Shown here: positions 43,073 through 52,993 of the stretch, piece by piece
Numbering within the stretch: the first letter of the stretch is position 1
Layout: each line of letters begins with the position of its first letter
Source of the DNA: a virus
Length of the DNA stretch: 64,000 nt
IMG/VR virus record: IMGVR_UViG_3300025131_000005
Direction: 5' to 3' (one strand)
The notes under the pieces: model-generated
The model's input: only the letters and a program-made list of their open reading frames with translations
What the model was told of the DNA's origin: nothing
Database searches by the model: none
Program-made: the position numbers and the translations under genes

Positions 43073-45960
43073 TGAAATTAAAAGTTATATTAAAAGAAAA
43101 AAAGAACTTAAACGAAGTTGATACGGCCAAAGTAGCAGAATTAAGAAGAAGGATGAATAAGCCATCAGCTATTGAAAGAGAATTAGAAGTAGCATTTAAA
43201 AAAGCAGAAAAAAGTCCGCAAGAATTCTTTAATGTAATGCAACAAGTGATACAAAGAACAAAAAAGGATTTACAAAAATTAGCCAGTATATTTCCCACAA
43301 TGCCGCGTTTTTTAGAAACTATTAATAAAATTACAATTGGGGCAGCCGAAGACGCAGAAGATATAGAAGATTTTGGTGATGATATAGAAGACGCGCTTAG
43401 AAGTGATGAAAAAGAATCCGGAGAAGAAGAAGACGCGTTCGATAATATTGAATTAGAGGAAGCAGAAAAAGATATAGATTATGAAAAACTTTTCCAATTT
43501 GTAAAATCTCGGGAAGACGACGAAGAGAAAAGCAAAAAGTTGGGAAAAGTATTAGATACTCTTAATTTTTCCAGTATTGCCAAATTAATAGGAAATACAC
43601 CTTTTGAAGATCTTATTAAAAGTTATCAAAAGGATTTAGCAGAAGGATTAAAAGCAATTGCTAAAAAAGGCACAGATCCTGTAAATTATTTTATTAATAA
43701 TCCACAATTAGCCATGGATCTTCGAGGTGTCTATCAAATTATTAATCTATCTTTTGAATTTTCAAAAGTGATATTAAAAGTTCGCTCTAGAATGGCTGGT
43801 TTATATAAAAAAGGACGCGAAGATCCCGAATCTATAATTAATGCAATTGAAAAAAATCCAGATATTTTATTAAATAATTTTAAAGAAGAATTTAAGCATT
43901 TGAAAATATCTCCCATGTTAGCTAAGGGACAACAAACGTTTAATAACTTTTTTATAGGTCAAATATTCCAAGCTAGCGACGTTGCAACGGGTGGTGGATA
44001 TGCTAAGCAAGTAGCTGCTGTAGGAAGAGCTGGTAGTCGGTTAGATCGTCTTAAAAAAGCGGGAGCAGTTCGAGAAGAGGTATTAGGAGAACAAGATGCA
44101 GATGTCGATGCTGCAATGAAGGACCTACAATCAGATCCTCTTACACAAACGTTTGATGAATATGAAAAACAGGCTAAGGCCGAACTTAAATCTGCAGCAT
44201 CGAAAGAAAAAATAGATGAATTAACTGAATTAGCTAATAAGATTGTGACTGCTTTCGCTTCAAAACATAGGATGAGAGATGCACAGCATCGAGATTTTAA
44301 AGTAAAATTTATAAATTTAATTAATAATAATTTTGATAAAGCTGCTGGACAGTTAGAACGTATAATGGATTTCTTTAAAGAAGATATTGATAATATACTG
44401 GATGGTGCGATCGAGCCTCAAATTAAACGATGGATAAAATTAAGGCAAAGAGTCAAAAAAGCAAATATATCTCCGGAAAGGGCTGCAGCCTATATTGAGG
44501 AACTTAATAATACGATTAAATATTTAAATAAATTAAGAAAAGACTACGGTTTAAAACATTTGGATACTATTAATAAAAATCCTGCTAACTATGCTGAATT
44601 TCTAGAAGATGTTGAAGCTGCATTATCTAAAGAATTTCCTAATATAGAAAAACAATTAGGCGCAAAATTCAAAAGCATTAAACAGGGAAATGGTGCACCA
44701 GGCGAAGATAAAAAAGAAGATGAAAAAGAAAAAGAACCTGGGGATCCCAATTCTCTAAAGAATTTAAGTACTGGAAAAATTAACGTTGCGCTTAACCAAC
44801 TTAGAAATAAAGGACTAGGCGCAGATCAAATAACTAAACAAATAAATAATATAGCAAATGATATTAGTAAAAATGCAGGCCCCCAAAGAGATAATTTTAT
44901 AAATAAAGATTTACCAGTTATTAATAAAATTAAAGATGAAATAAGTAAAATACTTAAGGGAGATTTTACTAATTTAGTTAAAGAATCTAATAACTTAGTT
45001 TATATACATCCTATAACTTATGATTTACTTAAAAGATTAAGTATTAAATTTAAATCTAAAATAGATTATAATATTAAAGCTTTAAATGAAAATACATTAA
45101 ATATTAATAAATATAATTTGATTGTATCACAAATTTCTAATTTAGTAAAGAGCTATTCTGAAAAAGATAAAAAGAAACTTTTAAACTTTAATGAAAACAA
45201 ATACTTACAAGTCAACTCAAAATTAAGTCCGGAAGCGATTCGAGTAATAATCGATGCGTTTCATAGCTCCAAAGACACAATAGTACCATTAAAAGAAGAA
45301 TGTGTCATTAAAAATCACTCAGATAGAGACATGTCTCATTTAGAAGATATATTAACTCAGTTTTATCCATATGCCAAAAAAAAACTTGACTTTGAAGAAC
45401 CTGTAAATATTAATTTAGTTTCAGATGCAGAAAATTCTAAAGATCCATTTGGAAAAACTGCTTATTATAATCCAGAAGCAATGGAAATTTCTATATTTGT
45501 AGATGAAAGACATCCCAAAGATATGTTAAGATCAATTGCACACGAATTGGTGCATCATGCACAAAATTGTCGAGGCGAATTTGATAACGTCGGTAGTACA
45601 GAACCGGGTTATGCTCAAAAAGATTCTCATTTGAGAAATTTGGAAGGAGAAGCTTATTTATTAGGAAATGGATTTTTGGTTAGAGATTACGAGGATTTAC
45701 TTAAACTTAATTCAAAGGAGAAAAAAGAAGTGAAGAAATTAACTAAAGAAAGATTAGAAGCTGTCTTAACAAGAGTAGTTTCAGAAATTGTTGCAGAAGA
45801 AGGAGAAACAACTGTTTACAACAGAGATGAGGATGAAGAGTCCGCTTGTGTTGAAGAAGCAGAAGCTTCTACTCTTACTGAAGATATGGTTGAGGAATTA
45901 TTCAGAGTTCGTAAAGATGCTCTTATAAATGAAGCATTGAAAAAGAAATGGTGTAAGTAA
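43072..45960 (+). CDS. Large helical protein with C-terminal HExxH zincin domain
   Basis: RHPKDMLRSIAHELVHHAQN...EGEAY; many LxE motifs. Confidence 0.8.
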   Translation: MKLKVILKEKKNLNEVDTAKVAELRRRMNKPSAIERELEVAFKKAEKSPQEFFNVMQQVIQRTKKDLQKLASIFPTMPRFLETINKITIGAAEDAEDIEDFGDDIEDALRSDEKESGEEEDAFDNIELEEAEKDIDYEKLFQFVKSREDDEEKSKKLGKVLDTLNFSSIAKLIGNTPFEDLIKSYQKDLAEGLKAIAKKGTDPVNYFINNPQLAMDLRGVYQIINLSFEFSKVILKVRSRMAGLYKKGREDPESIINAIEKNPDILLNNFKEEFKHLKISPMLAKGQQTFNNFFIGQIFQASDVATGGGYAKQVAAVGRAGSRLDRLKKAGAVREEVLGEQDADVDAAMKDLQSDPLTQTFDEYEKQAKAELKSAASKEKIDELTELANKIVTAFASKHRMRDAQHRDFKVKFINLINNNFDKAAGQLERIMDFFKEDIDNILDGAIEPQIKRWIKLRQRVKKANISPERAAAYIEELNNTIKYLNKLRKDYGLKHLDTINKNPANYAEFLEDVEAALSKEFPNIEKQLGAKFKSIKQGNGAPGEDKKEDEKEKEPGDPNSLKNLSTGKINVALNQLRNKGLGADQITKQINNIANDISKNAGPQRDNFINKDLPVINKIKDEISKILKGDFTNLVKESNNLVYIHPITYDLLKRLSIKFKSKIDYNIKALNENTLNINKYNLIVSQISNLVKSYSEKDKKKLLNFNENKYLQVNSKLSPEAIRVIIDAFHSSKDTIVPLKEECVIKNHSDRDMSHLEDILTQFYPYAKKKLDFEEPVNINLVSDAENSKDPFGKTAYYNPEAMEISIFVDERHPKDMLRSIAHELVHHAQNCRGEFDNVGSTEPGYAQKDSHLRNLEGEAYLLGNGFLVRDYEDLLKLNSKEKKEVKKLTKERLEAVLTRVVSEIVAEEGETTVYNRDEDEESACVEEAEASTLTEDMVEELFRVRKDALINEALKKKWCK

Positions 45961-45971
45961 GGAGTTAAATT

Positions 45972-48860
45972 ATGGGTGGTTTTTATGGACATATGTCACA
46001 CTTGTACGATAATCCAAATCTGAAATTCTCCCAGATGATGGATATCTTTAAAAAAGCTGCCGATGGAGAACTAGAAGGCACCGAGAAAACTGATGGTCAA
46101 AATTTATATGTAGCTTATAATACCGCAGAAGGCAAAGCAAAGGCAGTCCGCAATAAGTCTAATATATCCGGCTATTATCGTGAAAAAAACGAAGAAACCG
46201 GTAAAACAGAACTGGTTAAAAAACACGAACCAGGAGGAATGGATGCAGCTGCTATAGCGAAAACGTTTGCAAAACGAGGATCCGTTGAGAAAGCTTTTGT
46301 GGAAGCATTTGAATCGTTCGAAGCAATTGCGCGATCTTTCCCAAAAGAAAAACAAACACAGATATTTGGCGATGGAGTTAATTCAATTGTATTCTATAGT
46401 GCTGAGATCCAGGATCCTAAGAACCCTAATGTAGTTAATTATGATTCGAGAGTATTCAATATTCACAGAGTTGAACCAGCTGTTGTTGATATAAAAACTG
46501 GAAAAGCTTTGGAAGATAGTGATATCAAAGGTAACGTACAAGAATTAGGAAAAGTATTAAATCAAGTTCAAAAAATGACCGGTGATCAAAAATTTAAAGT
46601 TCAGGTTAATGCTATTAGGCAGCTTGAAGGACTTTCTGATGGTGATCAATTAGACAGATACTTGGAGCGCTTAAACAATGTTATTAGCGATGCTGGTATA
46701 TCTGATGAACAAACAGTAGGTGAATATTTAATTGCTCGTTTATTGCCAATGATTAGTAATCAAGTTTCTTTGACACCAGAAAAAGAAGACTTGATTATTA
46801 AAAAGATGCTTGGAGTCAAAGGAATCAACATAAGAGAGATTAAAAAAGATTTAAATCCAACACAAGTAGAGACAATTAATATGCTTTTAGGCAATTCAAA
46901 AGCTTTAGTTCAAAATGCCATTCAGCCACTGGAGGACATAGTACACGATTTTTCAGTAGAAATGATCAAGAATCTAGAATCAGTTTTTGTTTTAGACAGA
47001 GGAAAGGAAGTAGCGCGCTTAAGAAAAGAACTTAGAACGGCAAAACTAGCAATAGAAAAATCCGGTCATGATGCCGCGATAGAAATATTAAAAAAACAAA
47101 TGGGGAAAATTAAAGATATAGAAAAAAATATTTCTACTGCCGCTGAAGGATTTGTTTTTGACTACGACGGACACACTTATAAACTTACTGGTAATTTTGC
47201 TCCAATGAATCAACTATTGGGCTTATTTAAGTATGGTAGAGGTAAAATCCCAGCAATGCAAAAGCTTTCGGAAGAGCTAGAAGATTCCATTGCATTAGTA
47301 CCTGGAGGTTTCAAACCCCCTCATGCTGGGCACTATCAACTAGCAGCTTGGGCCGGCAACCATCCAGGAGTCGACAAGGCAATTGTTCTTGTATCGCCAA
47401 AACCACGTGGTATAATTGGTCCGGAACAATCTAAACAAATTTGGGAAATCTATAGAGATAGGTTAGGTGGGAATTTTGATGTTCAAATTAGTGGTGAGAA
47501 TTCACCCGTAGGCGCAACTTATGAATTTGTCGACAATGACGCTCAGCCTGGACAGACTATCTATGTTATCAAAGGGGAAAAAGATCGTGGCGATGAAAGA
47601 TTTAAAGCCATGAGTGGAAGAAAAGAAGGTGTCGAGGTTAAAGAATTAGTATCTCCATCATTTGCAGGAGGCATAAGTGGGACTGTAATGAGAGATGAGT
47701 TTATTAAAAAAGGAAACAAAGAAGGTTTTCAAGCAGCATTGCCAAAAGATTTACCTCAAGAAGATAAAGATAAGATTTGGGATATTGTCTCCATTAAAGA
47801 AAGAGAAGAGACATTGAATGAAGGCGAGGAGGTAAAGAGCTTGCCGCTCGGTATATTTCTTGGGATAATCGAAGAAGTGGTTAGAGAAATGACTTCTGAA
47901 ACAGAAGAAGAACTATTTACTGAAGAAGAGTTAGAAGAAATTTCATCAATGGCTGGAGGATCTGTTACTGGCTATTCATTGCCATTAGGAGCTAAACCTC
48001 CTCACGGTAAGAAAAAGAAAAAAAGGACATATGAACAAATGGATCGTATTAAAGTTTATGAAGAAATTAAATTAAGAAACTTAATTCGCGAAGGAATTCA
48101 AAAGGTTTCACAAAAAATTGAAAAAGAAAAAGAACAAAATCTTGTAGAAGAAAAGAGGCTTAGGACTGTAATTCGAAAACTTATTCTTTCAGAAGGGACA
48201 ACAACTGGAGATAGCGACCCTGCTCCTCATGAATCAACCGGTATTAACTTTTTAGAAGATTTACTTAAGCAGATTATTCCTGTATTAGAACAATCGTATA
48301 AAAGACTCACTACTTCAAAGGATCAGAGAATATCTTTTCGTGAACATATCTTGAAGGCTATTGAGGATACGATTGTTCCATTGCAAGTAACTGATCAAGT
48401 TAACTTGCAAGAACAATTCGAAGAGGAAGAAGATATCACCGTAAGTGTAGAAGACGATCCGGATTTTATTGATATTCGTTCTGATAAAGAAGTAGAAAAT
48501 GATGAGAAAGAAGCGAATGGAGAACCTTTATCTGGCGAAGAAGAAATAGAGCAATTTGCAATTGAAGGAGAGGATGAAGTAGGAAGAAGTTCTGCTTTTG
48601 AGACGTTTAAGTCGATTTCGAAACAAATTGTTAATTTTTATGAAGAACTTTCTGGAAGCCCTGAAGATCAAAAGCTTTTTTATGAATATTTGTTGACAAA
48701 TCTAAAACTTTATTTTGATAAATTTGAAAATGACATGTCCTCAGTAGAGGAACCAAAGAGTCCTGATTATGGAAGCAGCCAATTGGATACAGGTGGTGAA
48801 GAAATAACCCCTTCTTCGGAAACAATGGGGCAAGAACAAGAATTAGGTTTAGGAGCTTAA
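45972..48860 (+). CDS. Multidomain protein: RNA-ligase-like nucleotidyltransferase, HxGH nucleotidyltransferase and acidic tail
   Basis: EKTDGQN (motif I), SAEI (III), AEGFVF (IV), TYKL (V); PGGFKPPHAGH and ISGTVMR. Confidence 0.75.
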   Translation: MGGFYGHMSHLYDNPNLKFSQMMDIFKKAADGELEGTEKTDGQNLYVAYNTAEGKAKAVRNKSNISGYYREKNEETGKTELVKKHEPGGMDAAAIAKTFAKRGSVEKAFVEAFESFEAIARSFPKEKQTQIFGDGVNSIVFYSAEIQDPKNPNVVNYDSRVFNIHRVEPAVVDIKTGKALEDSDIKGNVQELGKVLNQVQKMTGDQKFKVQVNAIRQLEGLSDGDQLDRYLERLNNVISDAGISDEQTVGEYLIARLLPMISNQVSLTPEKEDLIIKKMLGVKGINIREIKKDLNPTQVETINMLLGNSKALVQNAIQPLEDIVHDFSVEMIKNLESVFVLDRGKEVARLRKELRTAKLAIEKSGHDAAIEILKKQMGKIKDIEKNISTAAEGFVFDYDGHTYKLTGNFAPMNQLLGLFKYGRGKIPAMQKLSEELEDSIALVPGGFKPPHAGHYQLAAWAGNHPGVDKAIVLVSPKPRGIIGPEQSKQIWEIYRDRLGGNFDVQISGENSPVGATYEFVDNDAQPGQTIYVIKGEKDRGDERFKAMSGRKEGVEVKELVSPSFAGGISGTVMRDEFIKKGNKEGFQAALPKDLPQEDKDKIWDIVSIKEREETLNEGEEVKSLPLGIFLGIIEEVVREMTSETEEELFTEEELEEISSMAGGSVTGYSLPLGAKPPHGKKKKKRTYEQMDRIKVYEEIKLRNLIREGIQKVSQKIEKEKEQNLVEEKRLRTVIRKLILSEGTTTGDSDPAPHESTGINFLEDLLKQIIPVLEQSYKRLTTSKDQRISFREHILKAIEDTIVPLQVTDQVNLQEQFEEEEDITVSVEDDPDFIDIRSDKEVENDEKEANGEPLSGEEEIEQFAIEGEDEVGRSSAFETFKSISKQIVNFYEELSGSPEDQKLFYEYLLTNLKLYFDKFENDMSSVEEPKSPDYGSSQLDTGGEEITPSSETMGQEQELGLGA

Positions 48861-48862
48861 AA

Positions 48863-50494
48863 ATGAAGAAAAAAAAACAACTCTTAAAACTTTCTCGAAA
48901 AAACTTAGAAAGAATTGTTAGCAAGGAGCTTAATTCTACTCAAAGAAAAAATACTGCTTTGCTTAAATTACAGCTTGAAAATATACAAAAAGCGATAGAT
49001 GTGGTCGCAGAAGAAAACGATTCAGATCTCCGTGAACATTTTTTAGAACATCAAAATAATATATTTATTCCCATACTCGACGAGGCAACCGGCGAAAAAA
49101 TCTATGAAGCTAAAAATCTTGATGAATATCTTGCTGAATTTAAAGATAATTATGATTTATACGACGAGGTTTATCAGAGACTTGAAGAGTCTATTGATTA
49201 CGAACGTTCTCTTTATTTTGAAGAAAACGAAAATGATGTTTTAGCCGAGGTCGATTGGGCGAAAAGAGCTGCTGAAATTGAAGCGGGCGGCGAAGCTGAA
49301 GAATATGATGCTGAAGGCAGAAAGAAAGACATGCTTCAGAGAGGAAAAGAAAAAGTTAAAGGCGCAGTAGAGAAAGTAAAAAGTGCTTATAAAAAAGGGG
49401 CGCTTTATTTCTTTCTTAAGACAGTTCAGATGGGCTTAAAGGCTGCACTGGCAGCATCAAAAGGTATTTTCTCTTTAATTAAAAAAGTTATGTTACAAGC
49501 AGTATTTAAAGCAATTAAATCATGGGCAACTAGCAAAAAGAAAGTACAAGACGCTTTCAAAGAAGTCAAGGAGGGTGCACTCCAAGGCGGTTTTATGAAA
49601 CTCATGAGCAAAATTATGAAGCCCTTTATGTGGATTGCGAGCAAGCTTACAAAGGATGTAGAAAAACAAAAAGAGCTAGCACCGATTATTTTGAGCATCG
49701 TCGCATCATCTCTTATGTTGGCCTTTTTGTGGGCTATGGGCGGTATAAGTATATTTGGCGAAGCAACTACGGGTATGTCAAAAGCGATGACGGAGGTTGT
49801 TGAAGGCATGCCTTCCGAAGAAGCTGCTATGATGTGTATAACAGAGGGAATTAATTATAAAAATCGTGATCCTAAAAAGCAATTTCTTCTGGAGGGGTGT
49901 GGAATAATCTTACAGAACGGTGAAGAACTATCTAATGCCATGGCAAAAGCAGTAATGAAAGATCTTCTGGAAAGAGATATTGTGGGTAAAATAAATGAAG
50001 CAACCCAAACGGTACGTACCCAAGTTCAAGAGGTTATAAATGACAAACTAGTTCAGGATATTGATACATTTACTGGTTATGCTCAAACTAGTTTTGATCA
50101 ATCTCAGGAAGTGATTGCACTTATGCAGGGCGCTATCACACGCGGATCTGCGCATGGTATGGGTTTGGACTTAACCGAGAGCGGATGGTCATCGTTCGTA
50201 AACAAGAAGATTGCTGGATCAATAGCTCGCATCACTGCCCAAGCGCATGAAGCCCTTCCCGATGTACCTACGAGCGAACTTAAGGCGGTTGCAGATGGCA
50301 TCAAATGGACACATGCAATTGAATCCGTCGACGAGTTTGTTGATAGCCAGCATGTAGTAAATGATGTTCTCAAACATACTCGCGAATTTGCAAGCATGGT
50401 TTCGAAATCACAAATTGTCGGTGTTGATACCGGGGGTTTGACTAATGAACAAGTCTTAAGATTTAGAAAGCTTAGTGGTTTGTTGAAGAGCTAA
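48863..50494 (+). CDS. Large hypothetical protein with hydrophobic central segments
   Basis: ILSIVASSLMLAFLWAMGGISIF segment; LxE motifs. Confidence 0.75.
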   Translation: MKKKKQLLKLSRKNLERIVSKELNSTQRKNTALLKLQLENIQKAIDVVAEENDSDLREHFLEHQNNIFIPILDEATGEKIYEAKNLDEYLAEFKDNYDLYDEVYQRLEESIDYERSLYFEENENDVLAEVDWAKRAAEIEAGGEAEEYDAEGRKKDMLQRGKEKVKGAVEKVKSAYKKGALYFFLKTVQMGLKAALAASKGIFSLIKKVMLQAVFKAIKSWATSKKKVQDAFKEVKEGALQGGFMKLMSKIMKPFMWIASKLTKDVEKQKELAPIILSIVASSLMLAFLWAMGGISIFGEATTGMSKAMTEVVEGMPSEEAAMMCITEGINYKNRDPKKQFLLEGCGIILQNGEELSNAMAKAVMKDLLERDIVGKINEATQTVRTQVQEVINDKLVQDIDTFTGYAQTSFDQSQEVIALMQGAITRGSAHGMGLDLTESGWSSFVNKKIAGSIARITAQAHEALPDVPTSELKAVADGIKWTHAIESVDEFVDSQHVVNDVLKHTREFASMVSKSQIVGVDTGGLTNEQVLRFRKLSGLLKS

Positions 50495-50495
50495 A

Positions 50496-50855
50496 GTGTG
50501 GGAAATGAAACGAAAGAAGTATTCGAAACCTGATCAAGAATATTATTCTATTTCCAATAAATTAAAGTCCGAGGGTAAAATCAATACTGATTTCGAGATC
50601 ATGCTTTCTTCTTTAACCCTTGAAGAGATTATTGCTTTAAGGCTTGAATTAGCAGCGAACGCAGTTAATGGAAAGCTTTATGGGTTGAATTTATGGAAGG
50701 AAATACCTAATATAGCTAGAGACGCTGTATTAAAATATGCTCATAGTGCCACTAGAACAAAAAATGAGGCAGCTGCGATGCTGGGAATTAACAAATCTGA
50801 ATTTCGAAAATTATTAAAGAAATTTAATATTACAAATTGGTTTAATAAAGATTAA
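50496..50855 (+). CDS. Fis-like HTH protein
   Basis: C-terminal A..TKNEAAAMLGINKSEFRKLLKKFNI. Confidence 0.7.
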   Translation: MWEMKRKKYSKPDQEYYSISNKLKSEGKINTDFEIMLSSLTLEEIIALRLELAANAVNGKLYGLNLWKEIPNIARDAVLKYAHSATRTKNEAAAMLGINKSEFRKLLKKFNITNWFNKD

Positions 50856-50903
50856 CATTTGTAAAATAATATGATACTATTACTTTTAAGAGGAGGTCGA
50901 AAA

Positions 50904-51083
50904 ATGACTGAAAATGAATTAACAAAATTGGTAGAACAACAGCAAGAGACTATTGCCCATTTAACCGGGCGTATGAGTTCATTAACCGATGAACTGGCTG
51001 TTTTCAAAGGTGATATCGAAACATTTAGAGGAAATGTAGCTAACGATATACATCGTCTGATTGAAATGATTAGAAATAAGTAA
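50904..51083 (+). CDS. Coiled-coil protein
   Basis: SD AGGAGG. Confidence 0.7.
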   Translation: MTENELTKLVEQQQETIAHLTGRMSSLTDELAVFKGDIETFRGNVANDIHRLIEMIRNK

Positions 51084-51089
51084 TACAAA

Positions 51090-51404
51090 ATGTCAGACGA
51101 GCAAGAAATTAATGTTGTTAAGCATGGTAGCCCTTGGACTAATAATTCATTTCATCCTTCTTTTCAAGAAGCTAATGAAAAACGAACTACACTATTATCG
51201 ATATGGGAAGACGATAATTCTCATAAAGGAATGCAAGTAAAGGTCAAATTTATGCCGTCAAAGAATCAGTTTGTAGTAAAAACACGTCTACATCCAGATT
51301 TTGTGAAACCAAAGAAAAGTAAGAAGAAAAATGTCAAACGAGGAAAAAGAAAAAATAAAAGCTCTTTTGAAAAAAGAGAAAACGACTCTCAAAAAGTTAA
51401 TTGA
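51090..51404 (+). CDS. Hypothetical protein
   Basis: ORF with basic tail. Confidence 0.65.
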   Translation: MSDEQEINVVKHGSPWTNNSFHPSFQEANEKRTTLLSIWEDDNSHKGMQVKVKFMPSKNQFVVKTRLHPDFVKPKKSKKKNVKRGKRKNKSSFEKRENDSQKVN

Positions 51405-51508
51405 GAAATATCCTCATTTGACGGAAGTGTACTTAGAAGATCTTCTCGCACAAGATGATCTACAAGAAAAAAAGGACAACACTAAGAAGTTGTTATTGGA
51501 CTGAGAAA

Positions 51509-51709
51509 ATGCTTAGACAGAAACTTTATTTTTTTACTTTTAGTGACCAATCGACTAAAAGAGTTGAAACCCTGCAAGTAAAAGCTGCGTCGTTTGCAGA
51601 GGCATTACCGGAAGCTTTTATACACCGCCAGAATTTAAATAAACGACATAATAAAAGTAACTGGGATGTTATATCGATAGAAGATAAAAATTTCTACAAT
51701 GAGCGCTAA
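51509..51709 (+). CDS. Hypothetical protein
   Basis: Coupled ORF. Confidence 0.55.
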   Translation: MLRQKLYFFTFSDQSTKRVETLQVKAASFAEALPEAFIHRQNLNKRHNKSNWDVISIEDKNFYNER

Positions 51710-52022
51710 AGACACCGATAAGATCAAGAAGATCGTCGCGGAAGAAGTCTTAGAAGCAATAATAAATTATAATGTAGAATTCGAATTTGATCATATCTGT
51801 TCTCATGTACAGATTGTGTATGTTCGCGAACTTCGTTCATCTCCGGAACCCGTAGAATATCACATGTTAGAGAATCTGTCTAAGCGAATATCTGAAATTA
51901 ATCCGAGATATAAAATAGGAATTATTTTTGAAGATCTCTCAATGATACCTATATCTGAAGATTTTGAACAGATCCAAAAAGAAATAGATAGGTTAGATCG
52001 TGAAAATAGTAAGCTTAAATAA
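51699..52022 (+). CDS. Hypothetical protein
   Basis: Coupled ORF. Confidence 0.6.
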   Translation: MSAKDTDKIKKIVAEEVLEAIINYNVEFEFDHICSHVQIVYVRELRSSPEPVEYHMLENLSKRISEINPRYKIGIIFEDLSMIPISEDFEQIQKEIDRLDRENSKLK

Positions 52023-52034
52023 TCTACTTATAGA

Positions 52035-52250
52035 ATGGAAGAGAATTTAATAACCATTATCGAGTGCCCTCATTGCTCGGATAAAAAGACCACTAAAACA
52101 TATAAAGGCAATTGTAAGTGTGGTAATCTATCTATTGACTCTCTTACGCCGAAGACAAAATGTAAATTTAAATATTTTACAACTGTTAGCTATAAACATG
52201 AACCACCAAATATATATGAAATCTCCTCATCGCTGGAGAAATTTCCATAA
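52035..52250 (+). CDS. Zinc-finger-like small protein
   Basis: CPHC...CKCG. Confidence 0.6.
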   Translation: MEENLITIIECPHCSDKKTTKTYKGNCKCGNLSIDSLTPKTKCKFKYFTTVSYKHEPPNIYEISSSLEKFP

Positions 52251-52961
52251 ATCTTCGAAAGTAGCTGAAACTGAAACATGGTGGAAGAAAGCATATACAG
52301 AATGTGTAACACCTACTATTTCACCTTTTCTATTTATTAAAGGAGATCCACTTGAACCACCCATTGCCGGAATACTATAAAAAGCGCGGCTATCAAGAAT
52401 ACCTAAAAATCTTCCCTCAAAAATAGGTATTACACCATTTTCAGCCAATCCACCCGGAGAGGCGATAGTAAATATTTTTTCTCCGTAGGTTGGCTTTTTA
52501 TTTGAGATTTTTAATGCTGGTCCTTCCAATTCATTACCTTTCATCATACAAATATCATTTTCGTCATCTAGTTTGAAAGGAACTACTTCATACTTATCCC
52601 AATCATTACCTTCTACACTAACAATATAATCATATTGAATATCGTCTCCTAATAATGTTGCCATGTGATCCAATTGCATTTGACGACATACATGTGCGAC
52701 AGTAAGAATAACTTTATTTCCTTTATTCAAGATTATTGATCCGGATCCCCATGCTCCACCAAGCTTGTTTTTTATGCACTCTGTGACACCATCTTCAAGA
52801 GTTTGGCATGCAGTACCCCATACGGAAACTTCTATTTTAACAAAAGATCTTTTTGCTTTTTTAAGTAAGTTTTGTGTATTATTAATATGTTGATTGATAC
52901 CACAACTTGATAAAAATAAGATTAGAAAACAAAAAAATATTTTTTTTATGTAAGACATCAT
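52227..52961 (-). CDS. Trypsin-like serine protease lipoprotein
   Basis: LSSC lipobox; LTVAHVC, NDICMM and GGSSGSP motifs. Confidence 0.9.
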   Translation of the reverse strand: MMSYIKKIFFCFLILFLSSCGINQHINNTQNLLKKAKRSFVKIEVSVWGTACQTLEDGVTECIKNKLGGAWGSGSIILNKGNKVILTVAHVCRQMQLDHMATLLGDDIQYDYIVSVEGNDWDKYEVVPFKLDDENDICMMKGNELEGPALKISNKKPTYGEKIFTIASPGGLAENGVIPIFEGRFLGILDSRAFYSIPAMGGSSGSPLINRKGEIVGVTHSVYAFFHHVSVSATFEDLWKFLQR

Positions 52962-52993
52962 ATTAGTAAATACTTATATTGTAAGGAAAATTG

